A DNA stretch of 64,000 nt, from the NCBI GenBank assembly GCA_951406725.2, contig OX597817.1:34720001-34784000 (forward strand), given 5' to 3'. Below the pieces are notes generated by a model. That model searched no databases, was not told the DNA's origin, and saw only the letters and a list, made by a program, of their open reading frames with translations. Both the position numbers and the translations under genes were made by a program. Source of the stretch: Octopus vulgaris (taxonomy: Eukaryota). This document shows positions 1 through 11,984 of the stretch, piece after piece. The first letter of the stretch is position 1. The number at the start of each line of letters is the position of its first letter.

Positions 1-440
1 TGATATACTCTACATAACCGTGCACTGAATCTTTATTTGAACTATGGCATTCCCAGGTCTATACTGGGCATATTCTAAATGCCAAATGATTATTAACTAT
101 ATCACAGAGCATGAAATCACATTTAAGTTACATAATCTAACGAAAATGTTATGCGCGCGAGTGTTTTCTTCCAAGAGGTCAGCTCTCATTGTAGTTTCAG
201 AAATGATTTGCCGTCGTCCACGTAACTGAAGTCTCTGACGTTATATCTCTCATCATGGTTATGAATAAGAGTAGTCTATGAACTGTAATTTGTAGATCCC
301 ACTAGTTACAAAAGATTTCGTTCATAGTATATCGTTAGTTGCAAATGTTTGATGCCTATTTCATGTTCAGAGTCAAAACTCTAATTACTTTTAATACAGT
401 TCTTTATTTAAGAGGTGAGGAAGTATGTATTTTATTTACA

Positions 441-592
441 TTATTTAGATTTGACGGATATTTGTCCTCATCTTGTTTGTTGTTAACACAACGTTTCGGC
501 TGATATACCGTTCAGCCTTCATCAGGTGTATTGGGGAAATTTCGAACCTAGGTTCTCATTCCTAAGGTATTTTTCGATGTTGTTGTTGTTGC

Positions 593-663
<71 letters not shown>

Positions 664-673
664 TCATTGCCTG

Positions 674-706
<33 letters not shown>

Positions 707-836
707 ACAACATCGAAAAATACCTTAGGAATGAGAACCCAGGTTTGAAATTTCCCCAAGGCTGGGGGGTATATCAGCCGAAACGTTGTGTTAACAACAA
801 ACAAGATGAGGACAAATATGCGTCAAATGTAAATAA
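441..836. mobile_element. Fold-back (inverted pseudo-LTR-like) element containing the hammerhead and (TTA)n/(TAA)n arms
   Basis: 441-583 is the near-exact reverse complement of about 706-836. The inner (tta)n and (aat)n tracts are also complementary. Confidence 0.8.
486..529 (-). ncRNA. Minimal type I hammerhead ribozyme (Penelope-like)
   Basis: Minus strand reads acac CUGAUGA a ggcuga-acgguaua-ucagcc GAAAC GUU gugu. Stem I acac/gugu, 6-bp stem II, palindromic AACGUU in place of stem III. Confidence 0.75.
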
Positions 837-865
837 CCTAATTACTATTATTTATATGTGTGTGA

Positions 866-1250
866 AGGCGGCGAGCCGGCAGAGTCGTTAGCGAGTCGGA
901 CAGAATGCTTAGCGGTGTTTCGTCTGTTGCTACGTTCTGAATTAAATTCCGCCGAGGCCGACTTTGCCTTTCATCCTTTCGGGGTCGATTAAATAAGTAC
1001 CAGTTACGCACTGGGGTCGATATAATCGACTTAATCCGTTTGTCTGTCTTTGTTTGTCCTCTCTGTGTTTAGCCCCTTGTGGGTAGTAAAGAAATAGGTA
1101 TTTCGTTTGTTGCTACGTTCTAAATTCGATTCCGCCGAGGTCGACTTTGCCTTTCATGGTTTCGGGGCCGATAAATTAAGTACTAGTGAAACACTGGGGG
1201 TCGATGTATTCGACTAGTCCCCTGGCCTTGTATCTTCAGTAAAAAGGAAT
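866..1250 (+). mobile_element. tRNA-derived SINE family A, dimeric
   Basis: ggcggcgagc..gcagaa head and the gtcgactttgcctttcatcctttcggggtcgat body occurring twice; many similar copies in the window. Confidence 0.85.
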
Positions 1251-1452
1251 ATTTATAAGTGTGTGTGTGTGTGTGTATGCATGTATGTATGTATGTATGT
1301 ATGTATGTATGTATGTATGTATGTATGTATGTATGTATGTATGTATGTATGTATTTATGTATGTATGAATGTATATACGTATATATGTATGTATATATAT
1401 AAATATATAGAGTGAGAGAGACTCATATATTCACACACACTCATAAACTGTA

Positions 1453-1498
<46 letters not shown>

Positions 1499-2499
1499 TG
1501 TAATTGGTTGTGTACATATAGGAATTTATGTATGGAGTATTTTTATATTACAGACGACCCAGTTGTATGTTTCAGAACCTTAATATCACGACTGTCAGCT
1601 ATTCAGGGAATATGAGTGATTCGTGACGGGTATAATGTCATAAACACATCCATAGGTGTCAATAGCTCAAACTTTAGATCTGACATTCACCTTAACCTTA
1701 ACACAAACTTCGCCTGAAGCAATTCTAGATTTGCTCTCTGTTTCAGTAATATATTCATAATAAAAACACAGAAATTTCTTAGTATGGTAGAAGATGCAAT
1801 TTCTCCTCCATATGGCCGTGTGTAATATAATCTGTAGTAGCGCATCGGTTGAAGGGTTAGGGTAGGATTTCTGGCAATGGGAAGGAAATAATTTATTGAC
1901 TATTTATTTTCTGTTGTGTCGACCATATTGGTTTGAGTAGTTACTACTTCAGTTGCCCGTATGTAAGTTCGAGGTCCGTGACACCTACAAAATTATGTGT
2001 TAGATAATGTAACTCGTAAAAGAGAGATTTGTAGCAGAATAAAATAGTAGTGACTTGACTAACTTAGGATAATAGCGTAGCTATCAGGAGGCGATGTTTT
2101 TATGAAGGTGATACGTTTGGGCCTGCTTTGTAAACGTGTATAGACTTGGGGCCCGTGATGGGGTAGCAAGTTCAAGAGCTGTACCGGGCAGCACACACTC
2201 TAATACGTTACTGACCAACAAGCCTCTGTCATTCGCTTGAATTGCTATAAACTGCAGTTTTTAATTAATTTCATTTATGGTGAATTGATGTGGAAATTAC
2301 AGCTCTTGTACCCTGACTATAAATTCTCATTTTTACCTATCATCATATGTGAATTAGGCTATGTACCTACAAATTTACACAAAAACCTAGAAATACTAAG
2401 TCTTTCAAATAAAGGGCAAGAGAAACTAATGCGGTTTCTTCCTATCCAATCTATGAGCAGTACAGAGTAGATTTGTAAAACATTGTATATATATTTATG

Positions 2500-2580
2500 C
2501 TACATTAGTAAACAGTCTGTTTCTGCATATCGTGCGTCATCTGTACGTTGCAATAGAGCAACAGTCAATTAATATATATA
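2500..2580 (+). repeat. About 80-bp non-SINE segment duplicated at 7333-7412
   Basis: ctacatt.gta.acagtc.gtttctgcat.tcgtgcgtcatctgta...gagcaacagtcaattaatatatat is present at both sites. Confidence 0.75.
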
Positions 2581-2909
2581 TATATTTTCTTCATTCGTGG
2601 ATCTTTTGATGATCATTTACCCTAATCCTTAATATACGTCAACGATTACAGACGTAACTTGTAAATATTTGACTGGGGATGAGGAAGTTGCAGTTTTTCA
2701 TTCGCTTTTCCTGGTTATGTTGAGAGCGTTTCTCCCCTGTATTTTCAACCTCTTTCTTTTGAAGTGCTGATGTTATACCTCCTCAAATTGGTTTCTCATT
2801 GGTCTCTGAACAATTTCTTTAGTCTTCCATCCAGACGTTGACCCTTATGGTCGCAGCTGACCGTAGAATTTCCTACGGAAGTGACGAGAGTCAAACTAGC
2901 ATGCTATAT

Positions 2910-3181
2910 ATTTTATCTTTTATTTATCATTATCATTAGGCCGCGGTCATTTATCATTATCATTAGGCCGCGGTCATGCTGGAGCACGACCTTGAATTTT
3001 TAGTCGAATGAATCGACCCTAGGACTTCTTTTTTAGACTTGGTACTTTTTCTATTGGTCTCTTTTGCCGAACCCCTAAGTTACGGGAACACAAACACACC
3101 AACACCGGTTGTCAAGCAGTGGTGGTGGGACAAACATAAACAGAAAGATACCCACATACATATGTGTGTGTGTGTTGTATG

Positions 3182-3241
<60 letters not shown>

Positions 3242-3566
3242 GGGAGAATTCACAAAAAAAAAGACGAAGACAGGTAGTGTAGACAACAAACAGATGTATT
3301 TAGTTTAATGCTCGGGAAGTGAAAAAGTCTTTAACGTTTTGAGCCTACGCTCTTCCACAGAAAAGAACACAGAAAGAAACAAGGAAAGAAAATAAAGAAT
3401 GTGTAGTGGCTAGCGATCTATATATAGATCAGTTTCCGTCTACCAAATCTACTCACAAGGCTTTGGCTGGCCCGAGGCTATAGAAGACATTTGCCCAAGG
3501 TGCCACGCCGTGGGACACAACCTGAAACCTTGTGGTTGGGAAGCAAGCTTCTTGCCACAGCTGCGC
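2910..3566 (-). mobile_element. tRNA-derived SINE family B (CORE-like), interrupted in its internal microsatellite by a second element
   Basis: Reverse complement of the family B consensus (ccaaatc.actcacaaggctttgg...cccaaggtgccacgc), with foreign sequence at about 3241-3420. Confidence 0.8.
3328..3366 (-). ncRNA. Degenerate hammerhead-like motif in a (TA)n-inserted element
   Basis: Minus strand ucuuuu CUGUGGA a gagc-guag-gcuc AAAAC GUU aaaga. Stems I and II pair, but the core boxes are substituted. Confidence 0.5.
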
Positions 3567-4329
3567 AGTGTTGTGGATTCAATGCGGTTATTACTGGTCC
3601 AATGGCGGGTTTGGGTATGTGTAATCTTATCTCGCGCATTGACTGAAAAGATCTGGATGTTAAAGGCCTCTACGGTATTGATGTAATATCTGAATATGCT
3701 ACATGTTTCACAGTTTCAGAAGAGATCAGAAGCACAAACTGCCTGGTAGATGAGAACTTCGTGATGGAGGTTGAGATAACCGCAAGAGAGTAGCTTTCTT
3801 TCTACGCTTTACAACTGATGCAGAGATTCGTCTGAGTTAGTTCTGAATTTCGCCACCTGGAGTGCAATTGTAGGAAATAATACTGGGTATCTAAATTTGG
3901 ATATTGTACTGGGTGTTGATGTTGTACTGAGAAAGTGAGAGGAGAGAGAGTACAGTACACCGCTGACAAATGATGTACCGTACCCTCTCAACTCTCAGGC
4001 CCATTCTTGCATAAATTGCGAGAGCTGCAGTGATAATGGTCCGTAGCTCTTCGAGAGTGGGTGTAGGGGCAACTGCTGATGCACAATCATCAGCGTACTT
4101 TATCTCAATGATTTTCTTGAAAATCTGAGCACAATAGTGGCCTGCATCCTTCTAATGTTGAAAAAATTCGTATTTATTCTCGGTTCCCCACTCACACACT
4201 TTACACACACACCCCACCGCAACCCCTTTCTGTGTAGCAGTGTTGTAAATACAGTTGAGGAAAATATTTAACAGTACAGAGTCTATCCCACAATCTTGTT
4301 TGACTTCCGTTTATGTATGAAAGCGCTTA

Positions 4330-4730
4330 GATTTCTAACCTTCAACAACAACCGCCATCATTGCAATATGTTGGATTTTCACAAATTTGAGCGAGAAAAC
4401 TAAACTTTTTGAGAATATCCCACAAAAATTCCTTGATTACAATAGCGAAAGCCTTTTCTAGATCTACATATGCAGGTCTTGATCCCTGTATTTCTCCTGA
4501 AACCGACTTGAAACAAAGATCTTGTCGATTGTGTCTCTATCACTGCAGAAACCGCACTGTAATTATTGTGCAATGTGACTGAGCTAGTCTTTTGAGCATC
4601 ACCTTGGCCAGGATTTTCTCAGCAACGGACAAAAGTGTCATGCCTCTGTTACAAGAGGAATTAGGTTTACTTCCTCTGTTTTTGCAGATGGTGATAGTGT
4701 TAGCATCTTTCCAATGTTGAGTCACTTGAG
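4330..4730 (-). pseudogene. Decayed non-LTR (RTE-like) reverse transcriptase fragment
   Basis: WKDANTITICKNRG..CNRGMTLLSVAEKILAKVMLKRL matches the RT domain-0 pattern; QVGFR and DLEKAF remnants follow. Confidence 0.75.
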
Positions 4731-5783
4731 GCCAATATCAAGAATCAATGTTGATGTACATACCACAGATTTTACTTGTCTGTGATTTAAGGAAGAAACA
4801 CTCTTATACAGAAATAATCCTTTTATTTTAAGGTCTTTGCTGAAAAGTTTCCGTTGCGGGTAGTTTTCTGTTATATTTCGTTCTGACAGCGGTACAATCT
4901 CCAGCGAATGTCACTGGCTTGTTAAAGTGATGGATGATAGGTGTTTTTACAAAATTTCTCCTTGACTGATGAGTTCACTAGTTTAAGTTGGTTAGAAGTT
5001 GCAGTGTTTCCCAAGACCCTAATTCTGACATGTCTTTCAATAAGGACCTGCCGTCTGATAACTTGATTAGTGGCACAGAACAATTCCTTGGACCATGGGT
5101 TTTTTTTTATCGCATCATAGAATTATGTACCTATCGTGTATGTCACGATGCAACTGAAATTCTTAAGCTTTTGCATAGTTCCTTCTTTTCGTGTATACAT
5201 ATATATGCACATTAACAACTACTAATATGTAAGCGTATGAGCGTGTGCAGTGTGTGTGTGAGTGCACGCGCACGTGTGTGTACAGAGGCACAGAGAGAGG
5301 AGGGAGATGGAAAAAGTAAAGATGAGGTATAAGGAAATCGAATTAGGAGCAAACAAGAAAAGCAAAAGAAATTAAATGTCATTTGGATTTCCAAACTAAA
5401 GCTACATTAGCGACATCTGTTGGATTAACACGATCAACATTTTCCCTCAATTTGATAAACAGTCTTAATTTAACTGAAAGGTATGGCATCGTGTTTCGCA
5501 TTCCTTTCCGGTTCGGCTTCCCTTGGCTTCTTTCTCTATCTTGATATTATTTAATCACACACAGTAAAGCCCGTTTACACATCGCAGTTTCATGGGTGTT
5601 TTGCTGTGTAATTTAATCGCTTTGATTAAGACCTCAAAGTCTTTTCAAAAATCCTTTAATTTTCCGCAAGAAACTGATCAAGAGATCAACTAATTGATCA
5701 CAAATTTGTATTCTTTTTTTTTTTTTGTACCCATTTTTATTTGCTCAGAAATTTCAAGGTTGCTTTGGTAGGAATAAATCATG

Positions 5784-6188
<405 letters not shown>

Positions 6189-6193
6189 TATAT

Positions 6194-6830
6194 AGGTACA
6201 GGACGTCATCAAATGTGTAAACAACATGAAGTACGAAAACAAATGAGTTAAAAAATATGCAAACGACGAGAGAAAAAGAATAGAAAACAGGACACATAGA
6301 CATAGAGAACGACCGTCTATCTACTCCCCGTTTCGAGCATTAAACGGTAATATGAGTCTTCAAAGACAGTTGCTTCCATAAATTCCAAAATAAAATTTTG
6401 GATTTATGGAGGGGTCAAAGCTGGGAACATGAACAGGACAGTGGAGACATACAAGGAAACCAAACGAAAACAAACATGGAGGGTCGTTATACAAGAACGA
6501 GAGGAAAATAGTGAACGCTGGGAGAAATATTTTCTTTGAAAAGAGAAAAGATAGAAGAGAGAGAAAGAAAACGTCCAATTCATAGAACGTCGTGCAAGAA
6601 AAGAATGACCACGTGAGGAAAAGAAAGACGGACGATGGTCACGTGTGAGCAACGAGAGAGAGAGAGAAAGAGAAAGAGGGAGTGAGCGGCAGATAGAAAA
6701 CGGTGAAGGGGGAGGAAAAGGGAATTAGAGAGGACGGGAGAATAAAACAGTAGAGTCGCATCAAAAAGGTTAAGATAAACTTACTTGGAAATGGATGCAT
6801 GGCGTTCAATTAAATAATATAAATAGTATG

Positions 6831-6865
<35 letters not shown>

Positions 6866-7078
6866 CTGCATATAAGGGTTACAAGGCGTCACCAACTGTG
6901 TAAACAGTATGAAGTACGAAAACAAACGAGTTAGATACGCAAACAACGAGAGAAAAAGTGGAAAACAGGACCCTTCATCAGTTTTCGGCTGTCTATCTTC
7001 ATTTCGAGCATTCAGCAACAATATGAGTCTTCAAAGACAGTTGCTCCCATAAATTTCAAAATAAAATTTTGGATTTAT

Positions 7079-7080
<2 letters not shown>
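6194..7080 (-). mobile_element. Element with two direct repeats of about 200 bp (6194-6410, 6878-7080) carrying hammerhead-like boxes
   Basis: gtgtaaaca..atgaagtacgaaaacaaa...atatgagtcttcaaagacagttgc...ggatttatgga occurs twice. The minus strand has UUGAAGA/GAAA and CUGAUGA boxes, and both copies abut (TA)n/(TG)n tracts. Confidence 0.6.
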
Positions 7081-7115
<35 letters not shown>

Positions 7116-7624
7116 TCTGTATACCTTACAACACAACTATTCTACCATCACTGTGCAAATGGAAACCTAGTCATGTATATTTTTATTTTCTATATAAGTA
7201 GCTTTGTGATTGAACATCCAAATTTTGTAAAAGAAATTGAAGCATGAAAAAAATATTCCCTTTTCACTTGCTTTGTTTTACAAAGTATCACAGACAAGTG
7301 ATTCAAAGCTTTATATTTATACATTTAATATTCTACATTTGTAGACAGTCCGTTTCTGCATGTCGTGCGTCATCTGTATGGAGCAACAGAGCAACAGTCA
7401 ATTAATATATATTAATATTATATTCAAGTAATTGTTTTCATTATGAATTAGGAAGAGAGAGGAAGAGAAATAGAATAACAAATATATAGATGCAGAGTTT
7501 TAAAGACAGACAGGAATACATTCGAATATATTCACTTCATTTTCTTTTTGCTAACAAACCGAAAGCAATCAGTTGAAGATCTCATTTAAGTATTATGTAA
7601 ATTCCTGTTTTTAACCCTCTAGAC

Positions 7625-7843
7625 CAGTGGTTTTCAACCAGGGTTCCGCGGAACCTTAGGGTTCCGCCAGTACAGTCCAGGGGTTCCGCAAGAAGTTACA
7701 AAACTGCTAAAATCGGCAGTAATTTTTAATTCTCCTGTGCAGATATGTGTGCATAAGACTATCAAATTATTGCACAGGGGTTCCTCGAGCCAGTGGAATG
7801 TTTCCATGGGGTTCTGCTCCAGCAAAAAGTTTGAAAAGCACTG
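7625..7843. mobile_element. Non-autonomous hAT (Charlie-type) MITE
   Basis: TIRs cagtggttttcaacc / gtttgaaaagcactg, perfect 8-bp TSD ctctagac (7617-7624, 7844-7851), internal ggggttccg repeats. Confidence 0.9.
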
Positions 7844-7852
7844 CTCTAGACT

Positions 7853-7970
7853 GATAGAATATGTATTAGGCTTACAAAGAATAAGTTCTGAGGTCGATTT
7901 GTTCTACTAAAGGTGGTGCTCCAGCATGGCCGCAGTCAAATGACTGAAACAAATAAAAGAGTGAAAGAGT
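7853..7970 (+). mobile_element. 3' fragment of SINE family B
   Basis: gatagaata..tactaggcttacaaagaataag...gctccagcatggccgcagtcaaatgactgaaac. Confidence 0.75.
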
Positions 7971-8298
7971 ATAACCTCAAGTTGATTAATCTTTTGTGGA
8001 TAGAATTTGATAAGCAGAAGCAGTGCGGAAGCCCGTCCCATGTGTATGTATGTATGTGTGTGTGAGAGAATAGTATTTTTGTTGGTAGTTAAAAAGCTGA
8101 TAGATTGGTTGTGATTCTTTTTGATATGAAGTGAAGTTAGATTTTCAAGCTTATCCAGTAAAAAGACGTTCATTTATACACTTCAGAAACCACTTGGTGT
8201 AATTGACAACACCCACAAGCGATAGATGCGTGGTTCGATTCCCTTACTGGAACTTCTTTGTTTTTGTATTTTTAGGACGGTCTTAAATGTCCTACATA

Positions 8299-8799
8299 CG
8301 AGGGTGAGTCAAAAAGTAATGCCATTTTGTTTAGGACAGGTATAATTACCAACACAGGAACATATGTCATACTTCAAAATGACGGTGGTCCTCTGTGGAT
8401 CACATCCCTACTTCACAACATAGTCACCGTTTCTTTCAATATCAATGCTCCACCATCGAATCCCTGCCATGAATCCCTGCCACGTAAAATTCTGTTGACG
8501 ATTCTTTGAGCCACTTCTTCACTACAGTTTTCATCTTATCGTTTATCATCTATCCGATTCCATGAAAGAGGGTTTGAGAGGTAAACATTATTCCAGTGAC
8601 GAGGAAGTGAAAACTGTAGTGAAGAAGTGGCTCAAAGAACCATCAACAGAGTTTTTCGGGCTGGGATTCATGCTCTCATTCGAAGGTGGAACATTGCTAT
8701 TGAGAGAAATGGTGACTATGTTGAGAAGAAGAGATGTAATCCACAGAAGACCAGCTTCATTTTGATGTATGATACATGTTCTTGTGTTGGTAATTATAT
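8299..8799. mobile_element. Palindromic non-autonomous mariner derivative built from the transposase 3' end
   Basis: TA|cgagggtgagtcaaaaagt terminus. The + strand encodes mariner C-terminal remnants (MKEGLRGKHYSSDEEVK..; GIHALIRRWNIAIERNGDYVEK). 8341-8533 is the reverse complement of about 8609-8799. Confidence 0.82.
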
Positions 8800-9044
8800 A
8801 CGTTCACACACACTCACATACATAGTACATACGTATGTATACATACGTACATGCGTGTATATATATATATGTACATACGTACGTATATACGTAGGTATAT
8901 TCATACGTATGTATGTGCATATATGTGTGTGTGTGTTTGTCCATATCTGTTTTTGCTTACACTGGTTTAAAATTAGTTGTTGTTGAGGCTGTGCTCCTGT
9001 AACGTAGCGTTCGATAAACAGATGAAATGAGATAGTAGTTTCAA

Positions 9045-9250
9045 TTTTTAGCGCAAGGCCAACAATTTCAGAAAAGGGTTAAGTCGACTACATCGACCCC
9101 AGTGCTCAACTGGTAGTTATTTTATCGACTCCGAACAGATAAAAGGAAAAGTCGACTTCGGCGCCATTTGTACTCAGAACGTGAGGACGGACGAAATGCC
9201 GCCAAATATTTTGTCCAGCGTACTAGCGATTGTGCCAGCTCGCTGCCTTT
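9045..9250 (-). mobile_element. SINE family A
   Basis: Reverse complement of the family A body and head (gtcgactacatcgaccccagtg...gccagctcgctgcctt). Confidence 0.8.
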
Positions 9251-9503
9251 GATGAAATATAATAATACTAAGCTGTAATAAGTACTAAGATCGATATTAT
9301 TGACAAATACCCCTGAATAAGGAGCCCCAATATGGCGGAATTTCAATGAATGAAACAAGTTAAATTTCAAGAATAGGTATTATAGACAGTAATAATGAAA
9401 ATATTATTTTCTCATTCGAATCACAGCTTCTAATGAATGGCTTATTAAAACATGAAAGAGCCGTGAAAAAGTAATAACATTTATCTATTATATTTTAATG
9501 AAT

Positions 9504-9538
<35 letters not shown>

Positions 9539-11764
9539 CGATCCGTCTCGACTGCACGTGAACTACTTTCCTCTTTTGTACTCTTTCGAGGTCGATGAAA
9601 TAAGTACTAGACAACGTCGACATGATTGATTAAAAACTTTGAAAACCTGCGTGCTTCAATCACGCATACATATGCATGTATACATACATACGTACATATA
9701 TGCATACATACATAGACAGGCACGCATATACACGCACTTACACACACATGCACACACCTCTCTGTGTTTGATTGAAGCAACTAAATATTCAGAATAGGCT
9801 AGGTCCACCATATCTGGTGCTTATTTTATCATAAATCATCCATAAGATAAATAATGAGCCTCGCTAGTAACTTAACCTAGTAGCTTTCCGCAATGTCATC
9901 CAACAAAAATGTATTTGATAAGGCAGCACCATTATACAATAAAGTCCTAAAACTCAGCGGATTGAAAGAACAATTACTATAGTTAACCAAAACCACATAA
10001 ACGAAGCACAAACTAACAGTCTGGAAATAAAACGAAAGTATATTATTCTATAAGATAGTTCCATGTACACTATATCTGAAATAAAATGGGGTGGTTACTC
10101 TCAGACTCTGATCGATCAGGGCTGACCAGACAACAAAAACATGCGTTTAGTTTGTTTTTTTTAATTTCACTTTTGTCGGCTACAATTTGCACTTCTGCCG
10201 GACATGATGCCAGAGGTGCACCACGTATCCGGTGCTATCATCAGTATCCCGAGTTCACCAGCAGTTGCAGCAGCACTGTTCAAGATCAGAGTCTTGGTAA
10301 TGCATTTGGAAAAAATGCCCACGACTCATGCTTGTATTTAATTTGAATATGAGCAACTCTGATTATCTCAGATAATGCCAATGCTAGGCAAATTCACTAT
10401 AGAACCATCGTATGTCGTTTTCTGCACCCAACTGACGTTGAAAGTCACTCGAAATATCAAAACGTAACAGCCATCAACATACTCGATTCATAAACATTTA
10501 TCTGTTTGGCTCAATTATGTTCAGACAGCTAAATTGAATGTGTTTTCTATGACCGAGTAGTTTCTCCAGTGTGTATAAGTACCCAATCTATTACCAACGT
10601 AATAGGTTGGGTACTTTGTAATAGCAACCCGTTATCTACTTACGCTAGCAGAGTAAGAAGAGCTAAATTCTATTAATGGCCGACACAGAATATTTTGAAG
10701 AAGGGATTAGGACTTATCAACATAACGCCCTATTTTTCCTGATATGCAAATATTTATAATATAAAACATCGTTGATTGTTGTGTATAGATACTATCTCTA
10801 TTTTTTACAGAATAGATTATTAGTGTGGATAATATGGTACCGCTTAAAACTCACAGAGCCAATAGGGGCACCTTTGATTAATTCAATTTTTGTGTTTGTA
10901 AGGGTAGATGCCATGGAGAAGTTAATCCTTCTTCAAACTATACTCACTTAACGAATGGACTTAGCAATGTGTGCTAATTTAAGAGATTCTGTGATACATA
11001 TTCATAAGCTGATTGACTGGCTGTTTAGCTTAAGTGTACATCACAGGAACATTGCATGCTGTTGGTAAGATACGAACCACTGATTTCTTAAGTTATCTCG
11101 TATCAAATCAGCTTGACCATCCGATGCTCCGGTTTCAGGTTAAGCAGAACCTAATAGTTCCTGATCATTAATTAATTAAACATCGAAATTATCTAAAGTT
11201 AATTGTTCAATCATTAATCGAACATGCATCATAGCTGCGACTTGTCACAAGTTTTCTACCACCTTACAAGTTTCGCTGACCAAGTCTGCGGTGAAGTCAA
11301 ATGAGCCACTAACCAGCGAGACGGGGCAATGTTAATTAACTAGTTTGAGTACCAACAAGCGTAGGCAAGATGGTGCTGTCTGGATAACGTCTAAGTAATA
11401 TATTGAAGTAATATTTACTAGTGAAACCAGTGGAAATTGTGCATTTATACATGTTCAATTTTGATGCAGGAATATGGTTATGAGTTTAGTCTCATTACGT
11501 GGTACCTTGAGCAGAAGTTTTCTTCTCTAGTCTCAGGCCGACCAAAGCCTTTTGAGTGCATTTGGTAGAGACATTTTCCTGTATTTTGCCTTTAGCCCTG
11601 TTTTTTTCTTGTGCATGTGCGTATATAGACGTGTGTATGAATCTTTTGTGTGCGCGCGTGTGTGTATGCGGGTATGTATATATTTTTTGGTGAATGTGTG
11701 GGTGAGCACAGTAATTTCCTTTTGTTTTTAACGGTCATTTTCATAGCATTTTTTTCAATGACCC

Positions 11765-11825
11765 GATAACTGAAGAGATGCCGGCGTGGGTTTCCGCCCC
11801 GACATTCGAAACTCGGAGTTTTATC
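11765..11825 (+). ncRNA. Type I hammerhead ribozyme, apparently intact
   Basis: gauaa CUGAAGA [GC-rich imperfect stem II] GAAAC ucgga GUU uuauc. Stem I gauaa/uuauc; stem III acuc-g-gagu is quasi-palindromic; GUU cleavage triplet. Confidence 0.78.
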
Positions 11826-11948
11826 ATGGCTACCGAATAATTGTTACATATTATATTTACAGATAAATTGCTCTATTTACATAATATCGAGGTCTCTTTT
11901 TCATTCTTTTGTTATCTTGCCATTTCTATCAATATATACATACATACA

Positions 11949-11984
<36 letters not shown>

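Noticed and set aside
2922-2975. 27-bp tandem duplication, considered as a possible array or CRISPR-like repeat
   Set aside because: Only two adjacent copies with no spacers, at a SINE tail; simple slippage. No CRISPR array is seen anywhere in the window.
8185-8252. A-box/B-box tRNA-like remnant
   Set aside because: The anticodon arm and acceptor stem cannot be formed; at most a decayed tRNA-derived fragment.
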